In this document: piece after piece, positions 47,377 to 56,702 of the stretch
Numbering within the stretch: the stretch's first letter is position 1
How the letters are laid out: every line of letters starts with the position of its first letter
Origin: Oceanispirochaeta sp.
Lineage (GTDB): Bacteria; Spirochaetota; Spirochaetia; DSM-2461
Length of the DNA: 64,000 nucleotides
Direction: 5' to 3'
Assembly: GCA_963663385.2 (NCBI GenBank)
Contig: CAXXXD010000003.1
Coordinates: 480,001-544,000, forward strand
Notes under the pieces: generated by a model
What the model was told of the DNA's origin: nothing
Databases searched by the model: none
Seen by the model: only the letters and a program-made list of their open reading frames with translations
Made by a program: the position numbers and the translations under genes

Positions 47377-47551
47377 GGAAACTGTTATAAGGAATCATGT
47401 CATTGATCATCTTCAGCAAGAAGAAATCTTGTCTTAGATAGTTATAATATAATTAGTATTAACTAATTATGCAACACCTTTCTAATAATAAATACTGAAA
47501 AATGCAATTTTCTGCTGAGAATCTGAATATCAGTTCTTGTAATCCCCGATT

Positions 47552-48817
47552 TCAAACATAGGATGCCTGACCAAAGAAATTCCCCAGAATCGTACGAAGC
47601 TTCTGATCCACAGTGGCATAGGAGTAGTATTTCAGAGCCAGTTCATAGTTTTTATCGGTTATTCTCTTTACCTCATCCGGGTTATCCAGAAGCCGTTCTA
47701 CCTGGACTATGGTTTCATTGGTAATAAAATCATCGATTTCTATAACTTCAAATCCCTTAGGTCTGATGTCGGTTGCATAAATGGAATAGTTATTAACAAG
47801 AATGGGTTTCCGGAACCAGAGTGTTTCCAGAAAAGCATTTCCGAATCCTTCGATTAATGAGGGATAAGTGACAAAATCCGCATAGGGATAGAGATCCTGA
47901 AGGGTGTATACTTTCCGGCCGTCCGGCAGGATTTTTCTCTGGTTCTGTATCAGCTTGTCTACAAAAATGGCTTTTACTTTCAGCATTTCCGCATACTCTC
48001 TAACCCGGTTTTCATATTCAAAGCCTTCATCGCCCGATGCATGGGAAATAACAAAAACGCATTTTCTTTTTTTCAGACGGGAAACCATCTCAATGGCGTG
48101 CTCGATTCCCTTCCTCTGGACAACCCGGGTCGGCTGAAGGATAAGGAGTTCATCCTCGGCTATACCCAGGGACTGCCTGATATCGCTGTTGTAGTCATCT
48201 TTTCCGGGAGGATCGTGTTCAAAATCCATTACATTGGGTATCAGGGTGGAGGATATTCCCGTTCTCAGGGCCAGCTGATTCTGTCCTGAAGAGTTTATTA
48301 CAACATGATGGACACTGCTTAGATGAGGGGGGTAGCAGGAGTTGATATAATCCCATACGCAGTTAGTCAGAAAACGTTTCCTTTCCCAGAAAAAGTCATG
48401 GTGATGGGCAATGGTGGGAATGTTTGTTTCGGCAATATACTCTGTAATAGCCATGGCAAGAGGCACATTCAAGGGGATGGTAACGGCATTCTGAGGAATG
48501 AGAACGTCAATTTTGAACTTATCCACAAACTTATAGAGGGATGTTTTGTAAATATCCCGCCAGTGGTGCAGCTGATCGGTTAATTCCCTGCTTCTTACAC
48601 TGTTGTTAAAACATTCATTGTAGAGTTTTCTGGCTTCTTCATACTGATAATGCATGGATTTTACTTCCATACACCTTTCAGGGGACCTGTCCAGTTCACC
48701 GGCCAGGTAGAAGCACTGGTGCCCCATATTCTCCAGAACTTCCGCCCATTTTTCAATTTCAAGGCTGACACCATCTGTTCCTGCGATCCTGAAGGAAATA
48801 AAACCGATTTTTTTCAT
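47552..48817 (-). CDS. GT4 glycosyltransferase, mannosylglucosylglycerate synthase (MggS)-like
   Basis: RIAGTDGVSLE, HHHDFFWER, QPTRVV.RKGIE, YPS..EGFGNAFLE. Confidence 0.85.
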   Translation of the reverse strand: MKKIGFISFRIAGTDGVSLEIEKWAEVLENMGHQCFYLAGELDRSPERCMEVKSMHYQYEEARKLYNECFNNSVRSRELTDQLHHWRDIYKTSLYKFVDKFKIDVLIPQNAVTIPLNVPLAMAITEYIAETNIPTIAHHHDFFWERKRFLTNCVWDYINSCYPPHLSSVHHVVINSSGQNQLALRTGISSTLIPNVMDFEHDPPGKDDYNSDIRQSLGIAEDELLILQPTRVVQRKGIEHAIEMVSRLKKRKCVFVISHASGDEGFEYENRVREYAEMLKVKAIFVDKLIQNQRKILPDGRKVYTLQDLYPYADFVTYPSLIEGFGNAFLETLWFRKPILVNNYSIYATDIRPKGFEVIEIDDFITNETIVQVERLLDNPDEVKRITDKNYELALKYYSYATVDQKLRTILGNFFGQASYV

Positions 48818-48882
48818 GAAGAACCCCTTTCATTGATGATATTAGAATTTTAGTCTGTCAGGGAGGATTTGCCAAATGTTTT

Positions 48883-49227
48883 TTAGCGTGAAGAAATTCC
48901 TCCTGGAGGACCGAGAATATCAGCCCAGATTACCGCTTTCTGAAGAGGCGGCAATTTTTCTATCCTTTCCAGGGCTGTCGTGTTTTCCCCAGTTTCCCGG
49001 ATATCCTTCACGATTCGCCCCGGCTGTTTCAGTATAACCTGATCTTCCTCCGCATCTTTAAAGAGTTTTTCAGGCGGGGGCCTATTTCCCCCGGTTTTTT
49101 TCCTGTCCTCATATTCCTTGATTCGTTTCTGTATAATCCCCATCAGGGTAGGACTCAGAATAATAAAGAAAAGCATCAGCAGGGGGGGGAGGAATTCAAG
49201 GATCTCTTTCCACTCACCGGCTGCCAT
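48883..49227 (-). CDS. YqfB-like membrane-anchored protein
   Basis: N-term TM, C-term LQKAVIWADILGPP; follows floA. Confidence 0.7.
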   Translation of the reverse strand: MAAGEWKEILEFLPPLLMLFFIILSPTLMGIIQKRIKEYEDRKKTGGNRPPPEKLFKDAEEDQVILKQPGRIVKDIRETGENTTALERIEKLPPLQKAVIWADILGPPGGISSR

Positions 49228-50231
49228 TATTTACTTTCCCCCGGGGGGGCTGTTGTGGTTTCACCTCCGATACTTTTCCGCATTGCCGTGTCCGCCTGGA
49301 CATTCTTCATCCTGTAATAATCCATAATGCCCAGATTCCCGGAGCGGAAGGCTTCGGCCATTGCCTTGGGTACTTCTACTTCCGCCAGCACAACCTTTGC
49401 CCGGTTCTCTCTTTCAAGGGCGACGTTTTCCTGTTCCAGTGCCCGTGCCGCCGCCCGTCTCTGTTCCGCAACGGCCTGAAAGCGGCGCTTGTCTGCTTCT
49501 GCCTGATCGGCCTGGAGTTTGGCTCCCACATTTTCTCCCACATCCACATCGGCAATATCAATGGAGAGAATTTCAAATGCCGTTCCCGCATCCAGACCTT
49601 TTTCCAGAACCCGTTTGGAAATTAGATCGGGGTTTTCCAGTACTTCCTTATAGGTATTGGCCGATCCTATGGTAGTAACGATCCCTTCTCCCACACGGGC
49701 AATTATCGTTTCTTCCGTTGCGCCGCCCACCAGCCGTTCTATATTGGCTCTCACTGTTACACGCGCACGGGCTTTAAGCTGAATCCCGTCCTTGGCAACC
49801 GCATCTATGGTAATGCGGCCTTTTTTTGGATTGGGACAGTCTATTACTTTGGGATTAACACTGGTTCGGACAGCATCGAGCACATCCCGCCCGGCCAGGT
49901 CTATGGCCGCCGCTTTCTGAAAGTTAAGGGGAATATTGGCCTTGTTGGCAGCTACCAGAGCCTTGCTGACTTTGAAAACATCACCCCCTGCAAGGTAGTG
50001 GGTCTCCAGAAGATCCGAATCGGTCTGCAGCCCCGCCTTTGTCAGCATTATACGGCTGTCCACGATGATTGTGGATTTCACACGGCGTATCCACATCCCT
50101 ACAAGACGGCCCATGGCAATATGAGCTCCCGACAGGAGGGCCCTGAACCATAAGCTGAAAAACTTGAGAAAAAATGCGACGAAGATCAGTATAATGATCC
50201 CGATCAGTACATAAACTATTATTTGAAGCAT
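49227..50231 (-). CDS. floA: Flotillin-like protein FloA (YqfA)
   Basis: [48 protein letters not shown]. Confidence 0.95.
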   Translation of the reverse strand: MLQIIVYVLIGIIILIFVAFFLKFFSLWFRALLSGAHIAMGRLVGMWIRRVKSTIIVDSRIMLTKAGLQTDSDLLETHYLAGGDVFKVSKALVAANKANIPLNFQKAAAIDLAGRDVLDAVRTSVNPKVIDCPNPKKGRITIDAVAKDGIQLKARARVTVRANIERLVGGATEETIIARVGEGIVTTIGSANTYKEVLENPDLISKRVLEKGLDAGTAFEILSIDIADVDVGENVGAKLQADQAEADKRRFQAVAEQRRAAARALEQENVALERENRAKVVLAEVEVPKAMAEAFRSGNLGIMDYYRMKNVQADTAMRKSIGGETTTAPPGESK

Positions 50232-50256
50232 TTAATCCTCCCTGTTCTTTCCCTGT

Positions 50257-50742
50257 TTATATTTCTTCCCGGACTTCTATCCGGTTTCCATTTACACTAT
50301 GAACTCGGATGCTTCTTCCTTTAGGAATATACTCTCCTCCGGTAACCACGCTGTATTTTCTTCCCTCTATAACAGCGGAGCCGGAAGGACGCAGGTCGCT
50401 GACAGCGGTCCCCCTGCAGTGAAGGAGGGGGGAAGGGGAAAACAGCGTTTGGGGCGGTTCTCCCGGTTTTTCTCCGGGATTGAAAAGGATCAGTTTTTTC
50501 CCAACCATGCTGCGGGGAAACCTCCTGAACCATAGAATAATGACAAGAGGAATAAGGATGAGCATACCCAGGAGAAAAAGGAGACCCGTCACAGTACCAT
50601 AGGTTATAAAACTCATGGAGATCCCCGTAATAATACAGGCTATTCCCACAATTCCGATTAAGCCGGCAGCTGGAACGAAAAGTTCGATTATAATGGCTGC
50701 CAACCCGATAGCAGCCAGCAGCAGGGCATAAACCATGGTCAT
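50257..50742 (-). CDS. Short NfeD-family protein (TM + OB fold)
   Basis: ELFVP..G..G, G.AVSDLRPSG, GEYI..G..I.V. Confidence 0.85.
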   Translation of the reverse strand: MTMVYALLLAAIGLAAIIIELFVPAAGLIGIVGIACIITGISMSFITYGTVTGLLFLLGMLILIPLVIILWFRRFPRSMVGKKLILFNPGEKPGEPPQTLFSPSPLLHCRGTAVSDLRPSGSAVIEGRKYSVVTGGEYIPKGRSIRVHSVNGNRIEVREEI

Positions 50743-52196
50743 ATCCGTTCCACCTTTATCCGGTTCCCTGACTGTTCCAGAACCCGGACCTTTTCTCCTG
50801 CCGGGATATATTCCCCATCCGATTCGACAGGCAGCACTTCCGTCCCGAAACGGGCTTTTCCTGCAGGGCGCAGGTCTGTCAGGGCCGTCCCGGTCATCTC
50901 TTTCTGCTTTGTTTCTTTCTGAGGGATTATTTCCTGATTCATATCAACAGGACTGGTCAGGATCAGACGGTTGAAAAGGGGAAGCCTGGGGAAAAAGGCC
51001 ATTATCAGGGCAATCAGTCCCCCCGATCCAACCAGAGCTGCCATTACAACCATCAGATTGCGTAAAAATACATCGATCTGCCACTCAAAGTCCGGGATTA
51101 TGAAATCCTGACGGGAGAGGATCAGTCCTGCGGAAATCAGAATCAGTCCCATTATTCCTGTGACTCCGAATCCCGGTATAAGAAATACTTCCACCGCCAG
51201 CAGAATAACCCCCAGTATAAAAAGGAGCAGTTCCAGGGAGTCCATTGTACCCATCAGGGCTCCCCCCAGAAAAACTATGGAAAATACAATGATGGCGACA
51301 GTTCCGGGAAAACCGAATCCGGGGCTGGAGATTTCAAGGTATACCGCAACAAGTCCTATCATAATCAGCAGACTGGTTACCACACTGCCTGTTATCAGGG
51401 CAACCAGTTTATCCGCCCGGGATTCCTCCATCACTATGACATCCTCTTCTTTCAGTCCGAACAGGGCAATCAGCTCTTCCCGGTTCGCAACAGTCCCCCG
51501 GGAAATACCGTATTTCTCCATATGCCCCGCGGTCAGGGTAAGGAGTTTTCCCGCACCGGAAATTATCGGGCCTGTTTCGAAGCTTCTATTCTCCTGCTCC
51601 GCCTTCTTTTTTAGTGAATCCAGCTGTGAATCCTGAATCAGCTGCACCCTGCCGTCAATAGTGACTTCTCTGACGATGACATCCATATCAACCATACCGA
51701 GGGCTGCCGCTTCGGGATAACCGTTTTTTTCAGCCAGGGCTGCCATCTGTCCCCGTACGGCGCTAACCGTTTTTTCCGGAGCCATCTCCATACCTTCCGA
51801 GCTCTGATAGACCGGGGCTGCGGCTCCCATGGATGTCCCCTGGGCCATATAGATCTTTTTGGCTGAAAAAGAGATAAGCGCTCCGGCGGACCAGCTGACT
51901 CCCAGTTTTTCTGCTCCTGCCGAGATAAAGGCAATCGTTTCAACATCCCTTAGGGAACCTATCAGAGTGGTTATCTGAAGGGCTGTGTCGACCCGGCCTC
52001 CGAATGTGTTTATATCGAAAATAATCCTACTGGCATCGGATGCTTTTTCGATGCTGCGCCGCAGGTAAACCAGACGGAAAGGCTCAATATCCCCCTGCAG
52101 GGGAATAATATAGGTTTGTCCCGGAAGAACCGGCGTTATGATCAGCAGCAGGAGTAATACTAAAACCGGACGGGACGGAAAAAAACAGTTTTTCAT
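50739..52196 (-). CDS. NfeD1b (YqeZ-like) membrane serine protease
   Basis: INTFGG.VD, SAGALI, GAAAPV, EK, GKLLTLT, TDLRPAG. Confidence 0.9.
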   Translation of the reverse strand: MKNCFFPSRPVLVLLLLLIITPVLPGQTYIIPLQGDIEPFRLVYLRRSIEKASDASRIIFDINTFGGRVDTALQITTLIGSLRDVETIAFISAGAEKLGVSWSAGALISFSAKKIYMAQGTSMGAAAPVYQSSEGMEMAPEKTVSAVRGQMAALAEKNGYPEAAALGMVDMDVIVREVTIDGRVQLIQDSQLDSLKKKAEQENRSFETGPIISGAGKLLTLTAGHMEKYGISRGTVANREELIALFGLKEEDVIVMEESRADKLVALITGSVVTSLLIMIGLVAVYLEISSPGFGFPGTVAIIVFSIVFLGGALMGTMDSLELLLFILGVILLAVEVFLIPGFGVTGIMGLILISAGLILSRQDFIIPDFEWQIDVFLRNLMVVMAALVGSGGLIALIMAFFPRLPLFNRLILTSPVDMNQEIIPQKETKQKEMTGTALTDLRPAGKARFGTEVLPVESDGEYIPAGEKVRVLEQSGNRIKVERI

Positions 52197-52248
52197 CCGC
52201 TGCTCCTGGATTAATTCTAGTCCAAAGGGCGCAGTAGTGCAAAAGTAC

Positions 52249-53253
52249 TTAAAAAAGTTCTATCGTACCGTCGGAAACCATGCCGGTAAAATCAAATTCA
52301 TCCACCAGCTCCGGATTCCAGTTCAGGTTGAAAATAAATTTCTGAACAATGCGGACATCCTGTTTCAGCGAAATATTATCCTTTAAAATGTATTCAAAAC
52401 AGATTTGGGGGATATCGCCTCCAAAGGAGATATATTTCTGTTTGTGGTTGATGATAATGGGAACCTGAATATCGGGCCCTCCGTTTTCATAGAACCCTTC
52501 CTTTATAAAGACGGTCTTGAAACCGCCCCACATAAGATTCGTCAGTTCGCCTATCAGGGGAGGGATCACAAACTCGGCAGGCTCTGAAAAATGGGGGTTT
52601 TTTCCGGAATTGACTAAAAACTGATGAAGTTCATCCACATCGGACTGCAGCATCATATACCCGCGGCACCAATTTGTATTGACAGGTATGAGAGTCATGA
52701 TTTCGCCGTATATGACCTTATCCCTGATTATTGAGGGAGCCGGGCAGTGAACCTGAACTCCATTGATCATGGACTTGATGCCGGATATGGAGAAATCCTG
52801 AATCTGCCGTATCATTTCAGAGGGATATTCATGGATAAATATATGGGATTTCAGAAGGGAGCTGATTTTCTCTTTGTCTTCTATGTGGAATGCCCCGTCA
52901 AAGAGCCAGGTCTTTTTTTCCGGAAGGTTCTCCTCCTCTCCAGGCTCCTCCACTCTGAGAAAGAGAGGCAGTTCCGGGCGCTGCTGTTTCAGTTTTTCCG
53001 CCAGGGGGATGAAGTCCCCCCTGTTATTCATAAAAAGAGCGCCCAGGTGGATATTTTTGTCCAATATGATATCAACAAGATCGGGCGATCCTATGGAACG
53101 CATACCTTTCAGATTGTTCTCTTCGAATATTTTTTTCAGCTGCGGGAGGATGGAAATATCCGTATCGAAGGTTAGAGCTCTGCTGGTAAGAGGCATTTTT
53201 TCATTCATGGTAAAACTCCCGAAATGATTTTCTACTCTTTCAGTGTAATACAT
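52249..53253 (-). CDS. CheX-like domain protein with a receiver-like N-terminus
   Basis: WCRGYMMLQ, GELTNL.WG.FK, QVP.I. Confidence 0.7.
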   Translation of the reverse strand: MYYTERVENHFGSFTMNEKMPLTSRALTFDTDISILPQLKKIFEENNLKGMRSIGSPDLVDIILDKNIHLGALFMNNRGDFIPLAEKLKQQRPELPLFLRVEEPGEEENLPEKKTWLFDGAFHIEDKEKISSLLKSHIFIHEYPSEMIRQIQDFSISGIKSMINGVQVHCPAPSIIRDKVIYGEIMTLIPVNTNWCRGYMMLQSDVDELHQFLVNSGKNPHFSEPAEFVIPPLIGELTNLMWGGFKTVFIKEGFYENGGPDIQVPIIINHKQKYISFGGDIPQICFEYILKDNISLKQDVRIVQKFIFNLNWNPELVDEFDFTGMVSDGTIELF

Positions 53254-53286
53254 TTCGGGAGTATTTGAATTAAAATATTCGATTAT

Positions 53287-55761
53287 TTAACGGTAACTGT
53301 CCCGCAGTGTCCGGATTTTCAATTTTTTCTCTGACAATTCTTCCGGACTGTTCCAGTAAAGGGTAATCCTGCGTTCTTCCCCTGCATCCATATCAAAATA
53401 ATTATCCGAGAAAACAGCATCCCCCTCATATAGATCCAGTTCCACAAATGCTGCATACCGTTTTGCTGTCAGGGTTATTTCATACCCTTCCGCAGCCTGC
53501 TTTAAACCTGCCTTAAGCTCCGGATCGGGCAAATCTATCTTTTTGTATTGTACGAACCAGGTCGTATCCCGCCAGATATGTCTGCCTCCTTCATCAGTCA
53601 GTTCCGCCGAAAGGTAGCGCTCCCTGTTTCTGTCACCGGCCAGCTCTCTGCTGAAATCTTCCGCTGCCAATTTGCGGGATGTCCGGGGGGCAACCTGAAC
53701 ACTTTCTTCCCCTCTGCGGATAATCCTGCCGCTGCACTCTTTAAGGGCCCATTTCAGGGTACCCTTAAACCCATCCATTCCTTCGGTGGACACATAGATT
53801 TCCGCCATCGCCCCTTCCTCCCTGCAGGAAAGGAGTACAGGCGCATAGGCTCTCTTCATGGCATAGTGAAGGGCCTTCCAGCGCCCATAGTAGTCAATGG
53901 ACGACCAGGAAGCCACGGGCCAGTTGTCATTCACCTGCCAGTAGGTGCTTCCCAGGCACCGGCCTCTGTTCTGTCTTAAGTGTTCCACCGCATAGCGACC
54001 GGCTTCCGCCTGGCTCAGCTGGGAGAGGTAGCAGTTGGCATCCATGTCTTTTCCCAGGCGGAAGTACTCGGCGGCGTACTTCATGATTTTCCGGTTACCC
54101 GCATAATCCCCGTTTCTCTGATGATCTTCCATTACGGGAGAGTAGGGGTTCCTGTCTCCTTCTTCCGTATAGGAGCAGACTGTTTTATAGGACGGGAACG
54201 ACTGAAAACCGTATTCGGACAGGAAGCGGAAGTGATGCTTTCTTAAATCCGTAAAAGGGGCGCCTCCATGCCAGACATCCCAGTAGTGGACATCGCCCCG
54301 GTCAGGATCATTGGGATTGTCAAAAAAGCCGCCAGATGAGGGAGACGCTTTCCAGTAGGGGGTCAGGGGGGTTACTTTCTTTGAGAGCTCCGGGAGAAAG
54401 TACTCATACTGCAGGGTATATTCCGCTTTGTTCCTCCCGTCCCATCTCATCTGTTCCCACTCTTCAAAGGCCCATTCCATCTCATTGTTTCCGCAGATAA
54501 GAGCCAGGCTGGGATGATGGGATATCCTGCTGAGGTTGTCCGTAATCTCAAGCCTGAGCTCCTCCCTGAATTCGGGGCAGTCCGCTTCATAGAGGGCACA
54601 GGCAAACATCAGATCCTGCCAGACCAGCAGCCCGAACCGGTCGCATATCTCGTAGAAGTCTCTGTCAGGGTAAATCCCGCCTCCCCAGACCCGTATACAG
54701 TTGAAATTGGCATCCCGGCAGTTTCCAAGGAGTTCTTCTGCTGTTTTTCTACCGGCTCTGGCATTGCAGACATCCCGGGGAATAATGTTTCCCCCCATGG
54801 CGAACAGGGTTATGCCATTCACTCTGAAACCGAAAGACTCTCCCCATTCGTCCGGGGTCCGGTCCAGTTCCACGGTTCTTAATCCGGTTTTCAGTTCCCC
54901 CCGGTCCAGAAGCTGTCCCTTGTGGAAGAGTTCGCTCTTAAGGGTATACAGGGGCTGTCCCCCGTAACCGTTGGGCCACCACAGTTCAGGATTCCCGATT
55001 ACAATATCTGCCTGCTTTCCGGGTGCGGATTCCATCTGCCAGGTTTTACCGGAAGGAGATGTCAGGGTGTACCGGATGGACGTTCCCTCAGTATTCCCTT
55101 CGGCAGTGCTGCTGCAGGAGAGGATGACCCTGTCTGTTCCGCCATTATCCTTCAGGTGTTCCTGGCTTATCCTTGTATCACCCAGTCGTGCTCTTCTGAC
55201 TGCCTTCAGGCTTAAGCTCCGCCAGATGCCCAGATCCGGAACCTGAGGACCCCAGTCCCATCCAAAGGAGGAGCTGCACTTGCGGATCCTGTTGAAACCG
55301 TCGATGATATTATCCGGGGCGCTCCAGATATACCGTTTCTCCTGTTTTTCCCGGATATAGGCCAGGCTGTTGAAGAAGGTTATTTCGATACTGTTTTCAC
55401 CCTGTTTCAAAACTCCGGTAGCATCCAGGTAGTAGCGGCGGTGCATATTCTCTGTCCTGCCTATTACAGTGCCGTTTATGCGGATCTCCGTAAGGGTATC
55501 CAGACCCTCCGCATCCAGGGATATCCGGTCTGAATCTGTCAGGAAATCATCGGGCAGTGTGAATCTCCTGCTGAACATAAAGTCCCTGTCTGCTATCTCA
55601 GGGCATTTCCTGTTGTTCTCTCTCCAGAAAAGGTCTTTCTCTCCCCAGTAACCCGACTCCTCCAGCGCCTGAAAGAGTGTTCCGGGCATATTCCCCTCAA
55701 TATCGTAAGTTCCGCAACCGGAACGAATCCGCCATACTCCTGCCAAATCGAATGCCTTCAT
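53287..55761 (-). CDS. Beta-mannosidase (GH2)
   Basis: GLDT, FGWDWGP, RVWGGG, WQDLMFAC, GNNE, SEYGFQS, WQVNDNWP. Confidence 0.93.
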   Translation of the reverse strand: MKAFDLAGVWRIRSGCGTYDIEGNMPGTLFQALEESGYWGEKDLFWRENNRKCPEIADRDFMFSRRFTLPDDFLTDSDRISLDAEGLDTLTEIRINGTVIGRTENMHRRYYLDATGVLKQGENSIEITFFNSLAYIREKQEKRYIWSAPDNIIDGFNRIRKCSSSFGWDWGPQVPDLGIWRSLSLKAVRRARLGDTRISQEHLKDNGGTDRVILSCSSTAEGNTEGTSIRYTLTSPSGKTWQMESAPGKQADIVIGNPELWWPNGYGGQPLYTLKSELFHKGQLLDRGELKTGLRTVELDRTPDEWGESFGFRVNGITLFAMGGNIIPRDVCNARAGRKTAEELLGNCRDANFNCIRVWGGGIYPDRDFYEICDRFGLLVWQDLMFACALYEADCPEFREELRLEITDNLSRISHHPSLALICGNNEMEWAFEEWEQMRWDGRNKAEYTLQYEYFLPELSKKVTPLTPYWKASPSSGGFFDNPNDPDRGDVHYWDVWHGGAPFTDLRKHHFRFLSEYGFQSFPSYKTVCSYTEEGDRNPYSPVMEDHQRNGDYAGNRKIMKYAAEYFRLGKDMDANCYLSQLSQAEAGRYAVEHLRQNRGRCLGSTYWQVNDNWPVASWSSIDYYGRWKALHYAMKRAYAPVLLSCREEGAMAEIYVSTEGMDGFKGTLKWALKECSGRIIRRGEESVQVAPRTSRKLAAEDFSRELAGDRNRERYLSAELTDEGGRHIWRDTTWFVQYKKIDLPDPELKAGLKQAAEGYEITLTAKRYAAFVELDLYEGDAVFSDNYFDMDAGEERRITLYWNSPEELSEKKLKIRTLRDSYR

Positions 55762-55859
55762 GGATTCATGTTCTCCTTGAGTAAATATTTTGTCTTATTT
55801 TATTGTTTAATAATGACGAATACTTGTTTAGGATCGGTAAAAATATGTATTATTTTGAT

Positions 55860-56702
55860 ATGGGTGTTTTAGTTTTCAAAGAGGATATGACCATGCCCGC
55901 CAACCGGGACCTGTCGGTGATGCGTCTGACCAAACAGAACAGTTTTACCCGGTACCATGGGCATGATTTCTATGAGTTTTTTTTTCTTTCAGACGGGTCA
56001 TTAACCGAAAACCGGAATGGCAGGCGGTATGTCCTGAAAACAGGCGACAGCCTGCTGATCCGTCCCGGTGATTTTCACGGGTATCCCGAATGGAGAAAGG
56101 AGGAGTTTGTCTTCTATAATCTGACTATCCGGAAATCCCTCTGGAAGGAGCTGGAACGTCTCTCTCCCACACTGCCTTTTTCCGGTTTGACCCGGGCGGA
56201 GCAGCCCCGCTTTCTGAATCTCCAGGGCGATGATTTTGAGTTCTGCCGTTATACCCTGGACTGGCTGATCCGTCTGGAGAATGAATCCAGCCGGCGTCAG
56301 GGCTGCCTGAATTTTCTTTCACGGATGGTTCTGCAGTTCTGGGGAGAATCTCACCCTTTCGTCAGCGAGGGAGCTCCTCTGTGGTTTAACAGGCTTATGA
56401 ATCGTCTGGATGAACAGAACACACTTAAGGAGGGAACCGGTTTTTTCAAAGAAGCCAGCCCTGTTTCCTACGAACACCTCTCGCGGCTGTTTAAAAAGCA
56501 TACAGGACAATCCCCCTCGGCCTTTATCCGATCCAGGAGGATAGCCCTGGCCAGGACCTTGCTGGTCGGGTCGGATCTGACTGTGGGAGAAGTGGCCGAG
56601 GAGTGCGGTTACGAAAACCTCAGCCACTTTCACCATCAGTTCCGGAGCGATACGGGCGAATCCCCCCTCCGATACCGGAAGAAGCACAGCGGTTTTCAGT
56701 AG
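55860..56702 (+). CDS. AraC family transcriptional regulator (ChbR-like cupin)
   Basis: HGHDFYE, GDFH, CGYENLSHF...F....G.SP..YRK. Confidence 0.9.
   Translation: MGVLVFKEDMTMPANRDLSVMRLTKQNSFTRYHGHDFYEFFFLSDGSLTENRNGRRYVLKTGDSLLIRPGDFHGYPEWRKEEFVFYNLTIRKSLWKELERLSPTLPFSGLTRAEQPRFLNLQGDDFEFCRYTLDWLIRLENESSRRQGCLNFLSRMVLQFWGESHPFVSEGAPLWFNRLMNRLDEQNTLKEGTGFFKEASPVSYEHLSRLFKKHTGQSPSAFIRSRRIALARTLLVGSDLTVGEVAEECGYENLSHFHHQFRSDTGESPLRYRKKHSGFQ

Noticed and set aside
48883..52196. nfeD-floA cluster as a novel system
   Set aside because: Matches the known yqeZ-yqfA-yqfB arrangement; the extra short NfeD is a minor variation
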